NCBI GenBank assembly: GCA_020722705.1
Contig: DYKI01000003.1
Location: 4,177-68,176, forward strand
Reading direction: 5' to 3'
Source: Chthonomonas calidirosea
Lineage (GTDB): Bacteria > Armatimonadota > Chthonomonadetes > Chthonomonadales > CAJBBX01
Length of the DNA stretch: 64,000 nucleotides
Shown here: positions 47,299 to 55,975 of the stretch, piece by piece
How positions within the stretch are numbered: position 1 is the first letter of the stretch
Layout: the number at the start of each line of letters is the position of its first letter
Position numbers and translations under genes: made by a program
The notes under the pieces: model-generated
Told to the model about the DNA's origin: nothing
Database searches by the model: none
The model's input: only the letters and a program-made list of their open reading frames with translations

Positions 47299-50226
47299 GT
47301 GGATGCGGCGCTGAGTGTGGTCATCCTGGAGGACCGCCGGCAAGACGCTCTGCTGATGGTGGGGGCCCTCGAAGAGCACGGGTACAAGGTCAGGTGGACT
47401 CGCGTGGATACGCGAGAGGCCCTTGCGGAGGCACTGCAGCACGCCCCGGACGTCATTCTTGCCGACTATCAGTTGCCTGGTTTCGACGCCTTGGAGGCGC
47501 TCGGCATCTCGAAGGAGCTTTCTCCGCGCACGCCGTTCATCGTTGTGACCGGTGCGCTGGGTGACGAAGCGGCTGCTGCGTGCATCCGAGCCGGGGCTAC
47601 GGACTATATCCTGAAGGACCGCCTGGCTCGGTTGGGCAGCGCAGTCGAAGCTGCCATAGAACAGCGCGGGCTTCGTGACCTTCAGGCAGCGACCCTTGAC
47701 GCGCTGGCTGCCAGCGAGCGCAGGTTTCGATCGGTGTTCCTCTACAGTCCCGTCGGTATGGTCGTGCTCTCCTCCGATCTCCAGATACACGATGCAAACC
47801 CCGCGTTCTGCGCAACGGTAAGGCTGGCGCTCGATGAGATTCTGAGAAGGGGCTTTGCCGACCTGGTGGCTCGCGAAGATCGGCTCCGTGTCGAGCACCT
47901 GGCCGAGGCACTTACCGAGGGCAGGCAGAGCACGGAGTCGATTCAGATACGCCTGTCGACCGGTTCCCGCGGGCGCGTATGGGTCCAAACCTCTCTCTCG
48001 TCGCTTGCCGTTGATGACGATACGCCGACCCACATGCTGGCGATCGTCGAGGATATCAACGAACGGGTCCTGGCCGAGGAGACCGCACGGCGCCGTGATG
48101 CGATTCTGCAGGCCGTTGGCCGGGGCGCCGAGCTCTTCCTTGGCGATGGGGCATGGGACGACGTGGTCCATGCGTATCTTGGGCTCATAGGCCGATCAGC
48201 CTCGGTTGTCTTCGCGGGCGTCGTCAAGGGCTGCTCTGACGGTGATGCGGTCCTTGTTCACCGATGGGACGACGATCGGGGCGTCGGAGGTGCAGGGCAA
48301 ACCGGGATTTCGGACCCGAGCCATGCCCGGATGCCTGCGGCGCGACCTGTCTCCAGCGAAGTGATTGAGGAAGCGGCTCGCCGCAGCCGGGAGTGGCGTT
48401 TGGCTGATGGTACCGAAACCCTCCTGCCGTGCCAGGAGCTGCCTGCGCCGCTTACGTTAATCCGGATAGGCGTCCGACAGCAGATTTGGGGCTGCCTTGT
48501 CGTGCTGCAATGCCCTGGCGGCCGTATGTTGGCTCCATCCGAGATCGAGGCCCTCCGTACGGCTGCTGACCTCCTTGGAGACGCCATTCAGGACCGCGAG
48601 GCAGCCGAAGAGCTTCGCATCAGCGAGGAGCGCACCCGCCTGATCGTGGACACCGCTCTGGATGCCGTCATATCGCTCGATGGTTCGGGCACAATCACCG
48701 GCTGGAACGCTCAGGCCTACCGCACATTCGGATGGACTGCTTCCGAGGCGATTGGGAGGTCCTTCCTCGATCTGGTCGTTCCCGTTGAAGCACGCGACGA
48801 GTGGCAGGCGCATGGCGTTGGTCCGCACCAAGCGGAAGATCATGAGCAAACGGCGGATGTGCGTCAGTCCAGCCGATTCGAGACGGTTGGTCTGAGACGC
48901 GACGGACGCGTTTTCCCGGCGGAGGTTGCGGCTTCGCGGACACTGTTGGATGCGTCCACGATGCTGGGGCTGTTCGTTCGTGACCTGACGGCACAGAAGG
49001 ATGCCGAGTACGAACTCGGAGAGGCCCGTCGTCAGGACGAGACCGTTGCCGCACGCATCCAGCAGGCCATGCTGGTAGGCGATCCTCCGATCGAGACGCC
49101 TCGACTGTCCATTGCCAGCGAGACGTTTCCAGGAGAGGTGGTAGCCGGTGACTTTGTGGCCACGCTGCGTCACGACGAGGACACCATAGATGTGGTCATT
49201 GGCGACGTGATGGGCAAGGGCGCCAACGCGGCATTGTTGGGCGCAATCACAAAGGGCTACGTGTACCAGGCTGCGCGCACGCTGACGCTCCGCCTTTCCG
49301 AGTTCCGTAGATTGCCCGAGCCACACGAGGTGGTGGCGGCACTGCATTCGCACATGACGAAGGAACTCCAGCAGCTCGACAGTTTCGTAACGCTGATGTA
49401 TGCCCGCTTCGATCTGATGGCCATGCGATGCACGCTTGTTGACTGCGGCCATACGCGAAGCGTTCACTGGCGGTTTTCGGACGGAAGTTTCGAGCTCGTC
49501 CAGGGCGACAATCTGCCGCTCGGCGTTGCGGACCGTGAGTTTTTCGCACCGCTGAGGGTGCCGTTCAGTCCGGGGGACCTTTTCTTCTTCTACTCCGACG
49601 GAGTGATCGAGGCCGAGTCGTCGAGCGAGGAGCGGTTCGGCGAGGAGCGGCTGATACAGGCGATCGCGTCGTCGCCATCAAGGTCACCCGTGCCGCTGAT
49701 CGCCCATATCCAGAAGGCTGTTCGTGATTTTCAGGGCGATCAGCCGCCATCCGACGACATGACCTGCCTTGTTGTCTCTATAGGCCATGCATCGCCTGAG
49801 CGCCCTGCATTCCAGCGGACACTTGAGATACCGGGCACGCTCGATGCGCTGGAGCCGGTTAGAGAGTTCGTCGAAGCGTTCTGCGCTGACATGCCCGGTC
49901 CGAAGCTGCACCCGGAGGCGGTGGATGCACTCAAGCTGGCCGCCCACGAGGCGACCTGCAATATCATCGGTCACGCTCATCTGGGGCGTCCCGACATGCC
50001 GGTGCAGATTCTGGCTGAGGCATACGAGGACCGCATTGAGCTGCGCTTATTCGACATAGGCACTGGGTTCGCCCTGGAGGACGTCGAGACCCCGTTGAGC
50101 GACGGAACTCAGCCTAGCGGCTACGGGATCTTCTTGATGCGGCAGTTGGTGGACGATGTGGACTATCGCCGGGATGAGCTTGGCCGCAACTACGTCTGCT
50201 TGGTCAAGAGACGCCGGAGCGTTTAG
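47299..50226 (+). CDS. Multidomain signalling protein: REC-PAS-(GAF-like)-PAS-SpoIIE/PP2C phosphatase-RsbW-like HATPase
   Basis: REC (LED, ADYQLPG, VTG, YILK); PAS (ANPAF, WNAQA..FGW, RRDG..FP); PP2C (AGDF, GDVMGKG, YSDG, DDMT); kinase (EATCNIIGHA, DIGTGF, GYGIFLM). Confidence 0.9.
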   Translation: MDAALSVVILEDRRQDALLMVGALEEHGYKVRWTRVDTREALAEALQHAPDVILADYQLPGFDALEALGISKELSPRTPFIVVTGALGDEAAAACIRAGATDYILKDRLARLGSAVEAAIEQRGLRDLQAATLDALAASERRFRSVFLYSPVGMVVLSSDLQIHDANPAFCATVRLALDEILRRGFADLVAREDRLRVEHLAEALTEGRQSTESIQIRLSTGSRGRVWVQTSLSSLAVDDDTPTHMLAIVEDINERVLAEETARRRDAILQAVGRGAELFLGDGAWDDVVHAYLGLIGRSASVVFAGVVKGCSDGDAVLVHRWDDDRGVGGAGQTGISDPSHARMPAARPVSSEVIEEAARRSREWRLADGTETLLPCQELPAPLTLIRIGVRQQIWGCLVVLQCPGGRMLAPSEIEALRTAADLLGDAIQDREAAEELRISEERTRLIVDTALDAVISLDGSGTITGWNAQAYRTFGWTASEAIGRSFLDLVVPVEARDEWQAHGVGPHQAEDHEQTADVRQSSRFETVGLRRDGRVFPAEVAASRTLLDASTMLGLFVRDLTAQKDAEYELGEARRQDETVAARIQQAMLVGDPPIETPRLSIASETFPGEVVAGDFVATLRHDEDTIDVVIGDVMGKGANAALLGAITKGYVYQAARTLTLRLSEFRRLPEPHEVVAALHSHMTKELQQLDSFVTLMYARFDLMAMRCTLVDCGHTRSVHWRFSDGSFELVQGDNLPLGVADREFFAPLRVPFSPGDLFFFYSDGVIEAESSSEERFGEERLIQAIASSPSRSPVPLIAHIQKAVRDFQGDQPPSDDMTCLVVSIGHASPERPAFQRTLEIPGTLDALEPVREFVEAFCADMPGPKLHPEAVDALKLAAHEATCNIIGHAHLGRPDMPVQILAEAYEDRIELRLFDIGTGFALEDVETPLSDGTQPSGYGIFLMRQLVDDVDYRRDELGRNYVCLVKRRRSV

Positions 50227-50356
50227 GCCACGGGCTCGGTTGGTGCTGCCGACGGCACGGTCAGACTGCCATTGCGGTTCGAAAATGCCTCGTGTGCGCT
50301 GCGTCTACAGGGTTCGGCAGGTGAAGATGCCTCGCTGTGATGCAACCCGAAGGCGT

Positions 50357-50686
50357 CTAGCGACCGAGCGCCTGGGCTCGGGTGTCGTATATGTCGAACA
50401 CGCGGTGCATGCGAACCATTTCCATCACTGATCGAACCGGCTTCTGCAGCGAGCAGAGCTTGAGCGTGCCGCCGCCCGCGGTCAGACGCCTGAGGCAGGA
50501 GAGAAGAGCGCCAAGCCCCGAGCTGTCCATGAAACGCACCGACGACATGTCCAGCACGGCCTCCTTGGCGTCTGCCAGGACTGGCTCCATTGCACGCTTG
50601 AACGTGTTGGCGTTGTTGGCATCCAGCCGGTCGGCTCTGATCACAACAAGTACCACACCGCCCTCGCGCTCGACTGTGAATTCCAC
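50357..50686 (-). CDS. STAS-domain anti-sigma factor antagonist (RsbV/SpoIIAA-like)
   Basis: LDA.NA..F and LDMSSVRFMDSSGLGAL containing the phosphoacceptor Ser; GTG start with a GGAGG SD. Confidence 0.92.
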   Translation of the reverse strand: MEFTVEREGGVVLVVIRADRLDANNANTFKRAMEPVLADAKEAVLDMSSVRFMDSSGLGALLSCLRRLTAGGGTLKLCSLQKPVRSVMEMVRMHRVFDIYDTRAQALGR

Positions 50687-50790
50687 TGGGCTTCCTCCGA
50701 CATACACCTAAGCTGTGCCTGCCGCCATACATGATCGTCGAAGACCCGCACCAAGCCGGTAAAGGGCAGGTTTGCTCACTCGTGTGTATC

Positions 50791-50819
50791 AGTATAACTC
50801 CTCACAGCTCAAATCACAA
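50791..50819 (-). promoter_or_regulatory. Putative sigma70 promoter for the STAS gene
   Basis: Minus strand TTGTGA-N17-TATACT. Confidence 0.4.
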
Positions 50820-50983
50820 GCACCGGAACATGTGGCGCTCGTTCGGTATACTTCCAGTCATACCGCGTTGCGGAGAGCTGCGGAAGTATGAATGGCTATG
50901 TCTGCCTACGGGGAGTTCCAACACAGACCTGCGTTGCGGTAGGCATACGTGCATGAGATCGAGTATAATGGTCGCCGTACCAT

Positions 50984-51057
<74 letters not shown>

Positions 51058-51098
51058 ACACTCCTTTGTTCATCAAGATCGCAACATCCACACGGCTT

Positions 51099-51827
51099 AT
51101 GCGGTGCTTGGGCAGCGTTTGCTTCGCCCTTTGTGTATCCACAACCGCAAGTGCCGAGCCAACGGACAGCGCCAAGCTGATGGTACTTGTTCAGCCAATG
51201 GGCAGTCACACGGCTGTTGTGATGACCTTCTCCGAAGTTGTGCCCCATGCAGAGGCAAGGGCGCGACTTGCCCGCCTTGCCGAGCTGACAGGCGCGCACA
51301 TCGTATCCAGTGACATCACGGACATAACCGTGGCGACGCCGGCCGGGTCGTCAAGGGCATCTGCCAGGCAGACAGGCCTCGAGGCCTTGCTTAGCGGAAT
51401 GCAGTATTCGGCCCAACGGGCTTTCATCCTTCAGCCTTTTCTTGCAGCCTTCGGCGATCTCGGTCGGTTCGATGTGTTGTTCCTGACTCAACGCGTAGAC
51501 GGTTTCGCCGGGCTTCGCTATTGGGATGGAGAGGGGATATCGGTGCGGCTCCTGCAGGATGGCGCGCCCTATCGGTACCGATTCGTCGTTTCGTCCGATG
51601 TTTCGCCCGCACTGACGCTGCCCGTATATCATCCTGTCGCCCCGAAGATGCCAGACCCTGCTCGGTCCAGCGATCACTCCAAGCTTCCGGGGCCTTGGCT
51701 GTTTGGCGCAGCTTTGCTGTCGGGCTGTGCCGTGTTCATTCTATTGCTTGCTCGGGCCCGCTTGCGTGCGGCAGGTCGGTCCGGTCAGTTCACCGCCGGG
51801 AAGGGAGAAGTTCGTGATCACGCTTGA
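51099..51827 (+). CDS. Hypothetical exported protein with a C-terminal TM anchor
   Basis: Signal-like N-terminus (ATG 51099, after the tRNA), Pro-rich linker, hydrophobic helix plus Arg tail; overlaps the first pilT start. Confidence 0.65.
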   Translation: MRCLGSVCFALCVSTTASAEPTDSAKLMVLVQPMGSHTAVVMTFSEVVPHAEARARLARLAELTGAHIVSSDITDITVATPAGSSRASARQTGLEALLSGMQYSAQRAFILQPFLAAFGDLGRFDVLFLTQRVDGFAGLRYWDGEGISVRLLQDGAPYRYRFVVSSDVSPALTLPVYHPVAPKMPDPARSSDHSKLPGPWLFGAALLSGCAVFILLLARARLRAAGRSGQFTAGKGEVRDHA

Positions 51828-52881
51828 CGAGTTGCTCACTTACGCACAGGAGCAGGAAGCCTCCGACCTCTTTATTCGGGCGCGGTGCAAGCCTGCCCTG
51901 CGCGTTCACGGGCGCATCAAGGAAACCGACTTCGACGTTCTGAGCCCCGAGGACACTCGTGCCATTGCCTACAGCAAGATGACCGGGCGTCAGATCGAAG
52001 AGTTCGATCGGCATCACGAGATGGACCTGGCATTCGATCTTGGCAACACGGCCCGCGTCCGGTGCAGCGTCTACAAGCAGCGAGGAACCGTTGCTCTGTC
52101 CAACCGTCTCATCCCCATGCGCATTCGTTCTCTCGAAGAGCTTGGGATGCCACCCACCCTGGCCGAGTTTACCAAGAGTCGCAATGGCCTGGTGCTCGTA
52201 ACAGGCCCAACCGGATCCGGCAAGTCCACGACGCTTGCCGCCATGATAGACCTCATCAACAGCACGCGCAGGGTTAATATTGTCTCCATCGAGGACCCCA
52301 TAGAGTACGTCCATCCCGACAAGATGGCCATCGTCAGCCAGCGTGAAGTTGGGATAGACACCGACTCGTTCCAGGAGGCCCTCAAGCGCGTCCTCCGGCA
52401 AGCCCCCGACGTGATTCTCATCGGCGAGATGCGCGATATCGAGACGATGAACGTTGCCCTGCAGGCAGCAGAAACCGGACACCTGGTCTTCGCGACCGTC
52501 CACACATCCAGCGCAGCGGAGACCCTGGACCGCCTGTCCAATATGTTTGCGCCGCATGAGCGACCGATGCTATGGCTTCGTCTCTCCGTTTCGCTCAGGG
52601 GTGTGGTGTCGCAGAAGCTCCTTCCCAGGGCCGACGGACTCGGGCGAGTCGCCGGTGTTGAGGTGATGGTGGTCACGCCGACGATCACCAAGATGCTCGA
52701 GGAGGGCAAATCCGAGGATATCTACAGTCAGATCCGTCAGGCCGGCTTGGAAACGTACTGGGGTATGCAGACCATGAACCAGTGCCTGGTGCGCTTCGTG
52801 AAGGCCGGTGTCATCACAGCGGAGGAAGCCCTGGCCAACGCGGGGAACTATACGGAGATGCGGCAGATGCTGCGCCGCTGA
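51814..52881 (+). CDS. pilT: PilT/PilU family type IV pilus retraction ATPase (paralogue 1, PilU-like)
   Basis: GPTGSGKSTT, IEDPIEY, QREVG.DT, LRQAPDVILIGEMRD, AETGHLV..TVHT; lacks the AIRNLIRE helix (TITKMLEE instead). Confidence 0.9.
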   Translation: MITLDELLTYAQEQEASDLFIRARCKPALRVHGRIKETDFDVLSPEDTRAIAYSKMTGRQIEEFDRHHEMDLAFDLGNTARVRCSVYKQRGTVALSNRLIPMRIRSLEELGMPPTLAEFTKSRNGLVLVTGPTGSGKSTTLAAMIDLINSTRRVNIVSIEDPIEYVHPDKMAIVSQREVGIDTDSFQEALKRVLRQAPDVILIGEMRDIETMNVALQAAETGHLVFATVHTSSAAETLDRLSNMFAPHERPMLWLRLSVSLRGVVSQKLLPRADGLGRVAGVEVMVVTPTITKMLEEGKSEDIYSQIRQAGLETYWGMQTMNQCLVRFVKAGVITAEEALANAGNYTEMRQMLRR

Positions 52882-52920
52882 CGCTTCCGATGAATCCGGG
52901 CCCTCCGTCGGCGTCCAGGC

Positions 52921-54081
52921 GTGCCGTCGGCAGCGGTCGTTGCCGAGACACCTGAGCCCTCGCGTTCGTATTCGACAACAATGGTACACATTGACGATCT
53001 GTTGCGCATGCTCGTGGAGAGTGAGGCTTCCGACCTGCACTTGCGCGTAGGCGAGCCTCCCATTATGCGCGTCCACGGACTTCTGCGCCGTGTGCCCAAC
53101 CTCCCCGTGTTGACCGATCGTGACATGTACGACACCCTCTACATCATGCTCAACGATGACCGGCGCACCAGGTTCGAGCAAAATATGGAGCTCGATATGT
53201 CCTATGCGGTGCCGGGTCTCGCCAGGTTCCGCGTCAACCTGTTTCGCCAGCAGGGACATGTGGGTGCCGTCATGCGGGTCATCCCTTACATCATCAAGAG
53301 CATTGATGAGCTAATGATCCCGCCCATCGTCAAGGACCTTTGCATGCTGCCCCGAGGACTCATCCTCGTGACCGGCCCGACCGGATCGGGCAAGTCAACG
53401 ACGCTGGCCGCGATGGTTCATCACATCAACGAACGCAAGCCAAAAGCCATCATCACCATCGAGGATCCGATCGAGTACCTGCATACGGACAAGCTGGCAA
53501 GCATCAACCAGCGCGAGATTGGTGTTGATACCCACAGTTTCGCGGCCGCCCTCAAACACGTGATGCGGCAGAACCCGGACATCATCCTCGTAGGCGAGAT
53601 GCGCGACCTCGAAACTATCCATCTGGCTATTACCGCTGCCGAGACGGGGCACCTCGTGTTCGCAACACTGCATACGACCGATGCGCCGCAGACCATTGAC
53701 CGCATCATTGACGTATTCGAGCCCGAGCAGCAGCAGCAGATCCGCACCCAGCTCGCCGTTACTCTTCAGGCCGTTATCTCGCAGACATTGCTGCCGCGAG
53801 CCGACATCACGGGACGCATCGCTGCATTCGAGATCATGGTCTGCACTCCCGCCATCCGGACGTTGATCCGCGAAGGCAAGACCTACCAGATGTACACCGA
53901 CATCCAGACAGGCAGTCAGTACGGCATGCAGACGCTGGATTCGCATCTGCTGCAGCTCGCGCTGCAGGGTCTCGTGCTGTTTGAGGACGCTCAAGCCAAA
54001 GCCTCGAACCCATATGAGTTCGAGACGCGATACAAACGCGCTCTGGAACGCCGCACCGCCGGCGAGCAGAGTGCGGCCTGA
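52921..54081 (+). CDS. pilT: PilT retraction ATPase (paralogue 2)
   Basis: ASDLHL, Walker A/B, Asp and His boxes, AIRTLIREGK, GMQTLD. The start may be ATG 52981. Confidence 0.95.
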   Translation: MPSAAVVAETPEPSRSYSTTMVHIDDLLRMLVESEASDLHLRVGEPPIMRVHGLLRRVPNLPVLTDRDMYDTLYIMLNDDRRTRFEQNMELDMSYAVPGLARFRVNLFRQQGHVGAVMRVIPYIIKSIDELMIPPIVKDLCMLPRGLILVTGPTGSGKSTTLAAMVHHINERKPKAIITIEDPIEYLHTDKLASINQREIGVDTHSFAAALKHVMRQNPDIILVGEMRDLETIHLAITAAETGHLVFATLHTTDAPQTIDRIIDVFEPEQQQQIRTQLAVTLQAVISQTLLPRADITGRIAAFEIMVCTPAIRTLIREGKTYQMYTDIQTGSQYGMQTLDSHLLQLALQGLVLFEDAQAKASNPYEFETRYKRALERRTAGEQSAA

Positions 54082-54086
54082 CGACC

Positions 54087-55166
54087 ATGGTGAACGTAGA
54101 CCAGCTTCTCTACACAACGGTTCATCACAGTGGCTCCGATCTGCACATCAAGGCGGATAGCCCTCCACTGGTTCGCATCCATGGCGATCTGATCCAACTC
54201 GAGATGGACCCCTTGACGGCTGACGAGACGAAGGCGCTGTCCATGAGTGTTCTGAGCGAAGTGCAGCGCGCTCGTTTCGAAGAAGAGCTTGAGCTGGATT
54301 TTGCTTACGAGATTCCGGGTCTTGCTCGATTCCGCGGAAACATCTATCAGCAGAAGGGTGCTGTTCAGGCCGCGTTTCGTGTCATCCCCCTCCGGATTCA
54401 GACGATAGAGGAGCTCGGTCTGCCGCCTGTCTGCAAGTATTTTGCCGAGCGTCCCCGCGGACTGGTGCTTGTAACGGGACCGGCAGGCTCGGGCAAGAGC
54501 ACGACGCAGGCTGCGATGATAGACTACATCAACGACAACTATCCCCTGCATATCGTTACCGTCGAGGACCCGATCGAGTTCATCCACGAGGACCGCCAGG
54601 CGTTGATCAACCAGCGCGAACTCGAAACGGATACGCTGGCTTTTGCCAACGCGCTCAAGTTCGTTCTGCGCCAGGACCCTGACGTGATCCTTATTGGTGA
54701 GATGCGCGACCTGGAGACCATACACCTGGCCATCACGGCGGCAGAAACAGGTCACCTGGTATTCGGCACGCTCCACACCACGGATGCTGTCCAGACCGTT
54801 GACCGAGTGATAGACGTGTTCCCGACGCATCAACAGCAGCAGGTTCGCATGCAGATGGCTGTGAACCTCATCGGGGTTATCTCTCAGACGCTGGTGAAGA
54901 GGGCGGACGGACACGGCCGAGTGGCGGCATTCGAAACGCTGGTCGCCATCAGCGCCGTGCGCAACCTGATCCGTGAAAACAAGACATACCAGATCGGCTC
55001 GCTTATTCAGACCGGCCAGCGACATGGGATGATGTCGCTGGATCAGTCGCTTGCGGATCTGGTCAACCGCCGCATGATTACGTATAACGACGGACTGGAG
55101 AAGGCGTCGAACGTTCAGGAGTTCAAGGCGTTGGTCGGCGAAGATGAGAGCCCGGAGCAGCAGTAG
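54087..55166 (+). CDS. pilT: PilT retraction ATPase (paralogue 3)
   Basis: GSDLHI, GPAGSGKSTT, LRQDPDVILIGEMRD, AVRNLIRENK. Confidence 0.95.
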   Translation: MVNVDQLLYTTVHHSGSDLHIKADSPPLVRIHGDLIQLEMDPLTADETKALSMSVLSEVQRARFEEELELDFAYEIPGLARFRGNIYQQKGAVQAAFRVIPLRIQTIEELGLPPVCKYFAERPRGLVLVTGPAGSGKSTTQAAMIDYINDNYPLHIVTVEDPIEFIHEDRQALINQRELETDTLAFANALKFVLRQDPDVILIGEMRDLETIHLAITAAETGHLVFGTLHTTDAVQTVDRVIDVFPTHQQQQVRMQMAVNLIGVISQTLVKRADGHGRVAAFETLVAISAVRNLIRENKTYQIGSLIQTGQRHGMMSLDQSLADLVNRRMITYNDGLEKASNVQEFKALVGEDESPEQQ

Positions 55167-55924
55167 TCGCCCATGCCGCAAACGGGACATGGCGCGGAGC
55201 TGTCGAGGGCGGCGGCGACGGCTATGAGGGAGGGCACCAGTGTCGCAACGATCGTTTCCATCTCCAGCTCAACGTCGGCGTGGCGTAGCCGTTCGGGGTT
55301 CAGGCCGACGCCAAGGTTGGTGACACAGGCTATCGCGGCGTAACAGAGGCCTGCTTCTCGCGCCGCGACGGCTTCGGGAACACCGGTCATTCCGACCACG
55401 TCGGCGCCAAGTTGCCGGAGCATCCTGACTTCTGACGCAGTCTCGAAACGCGGGCCGACGACGCCTGCCATGACTCCGGCAGATCTGAAGCCCGGACAGG
55501 CAGCAAGCTCTCGGGCGATCATCGAGCGCAGGCGCTCGCAGTAGGGGCGGCTCACATCAGTGTGGCGAACTGCCGTGGGTCCGTCGCGTGGAGGCACGGA
55601 CTGCGCAGCGATGAAGTCGTCGAGCAGCACGAAAGAACCGACGGGCAGGTCGGTACGCAGGCTGCCCACAGCATTGATGCCGATGAGGTCGCGGACTCCC
55701 ATGGCTCTCAGCGCAGCCATATTGGCTTCGTGGCGGATCGCGTGCGGTGGTACGGTGTGGCCCATCCCGTGCCGATGCAGATATGCGAAGACGGCGGTTT
55801 CACCGAAGATGACTGCGACGTCAACGGGCCCCCAGCGAGTGGCGACCCTGTGCTCTTCTCGACGGCTGCCCCGCATGATCGGGCGACTGCCTGTGCCGCC
55901 GACGATTCCGACCGTACACATCAT
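55115..55924 (-). CDS. MTAP-family purine nucleoside phosphorylase (S-methyl-5'-thioadenosine/inosine phosphorylase)
   Basis: GIVGGTG, RHG..H.VPPH, AVGSL, GPRFET.SE, VVGMT.VPEA, VTN. Confidence 0.9.
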   Translation of the reverse strand: MMCTVGIVGGTGSRPIMRGSRREEHRVATRWGPVDVAVIFGETAVFAYLHRHGMGHTVPPHAIRHEANMAALRAMGVRDLIGINAVGSLRTDLPVGSFVLLDDFIAAQSVPPRDGPTAVRHTDVSRPYCERLRSMIARELAACPGFRSAGVMAGVVGPRFETASEVRMLRQLGADVVGMTGVPEAVAAREAGLCYAAIACVTNLGVGLNPERLRHADVELEMETIVATLVPSLIAVAAALDSSAPCPVCGMGDYCCSGLSSSPTNALNS

Positions 55925-55975
55925 GGGAGTGTCAGGTTCCTAACTGCCGTGCTCGCATCACCGCAACGCCGACGT

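Noticed and set aside
47065-48171. ORF-track N-terminal extension making a 1087-aa phosphoesterase
   Set aside because: The extension is the antisense shadow of the REC-PAS gene. The real start is ATG 47064, with an SD and a signal peptide.
50710-50790. Possible c-di-GMP-I riboswitch in the STAS leader (GCAAACC on the minus strand)
   Set aside because: It lacks the GNRA-capped P2 and the downstream GACGCAAA element. An Rfam scan would be needed to overturn this.
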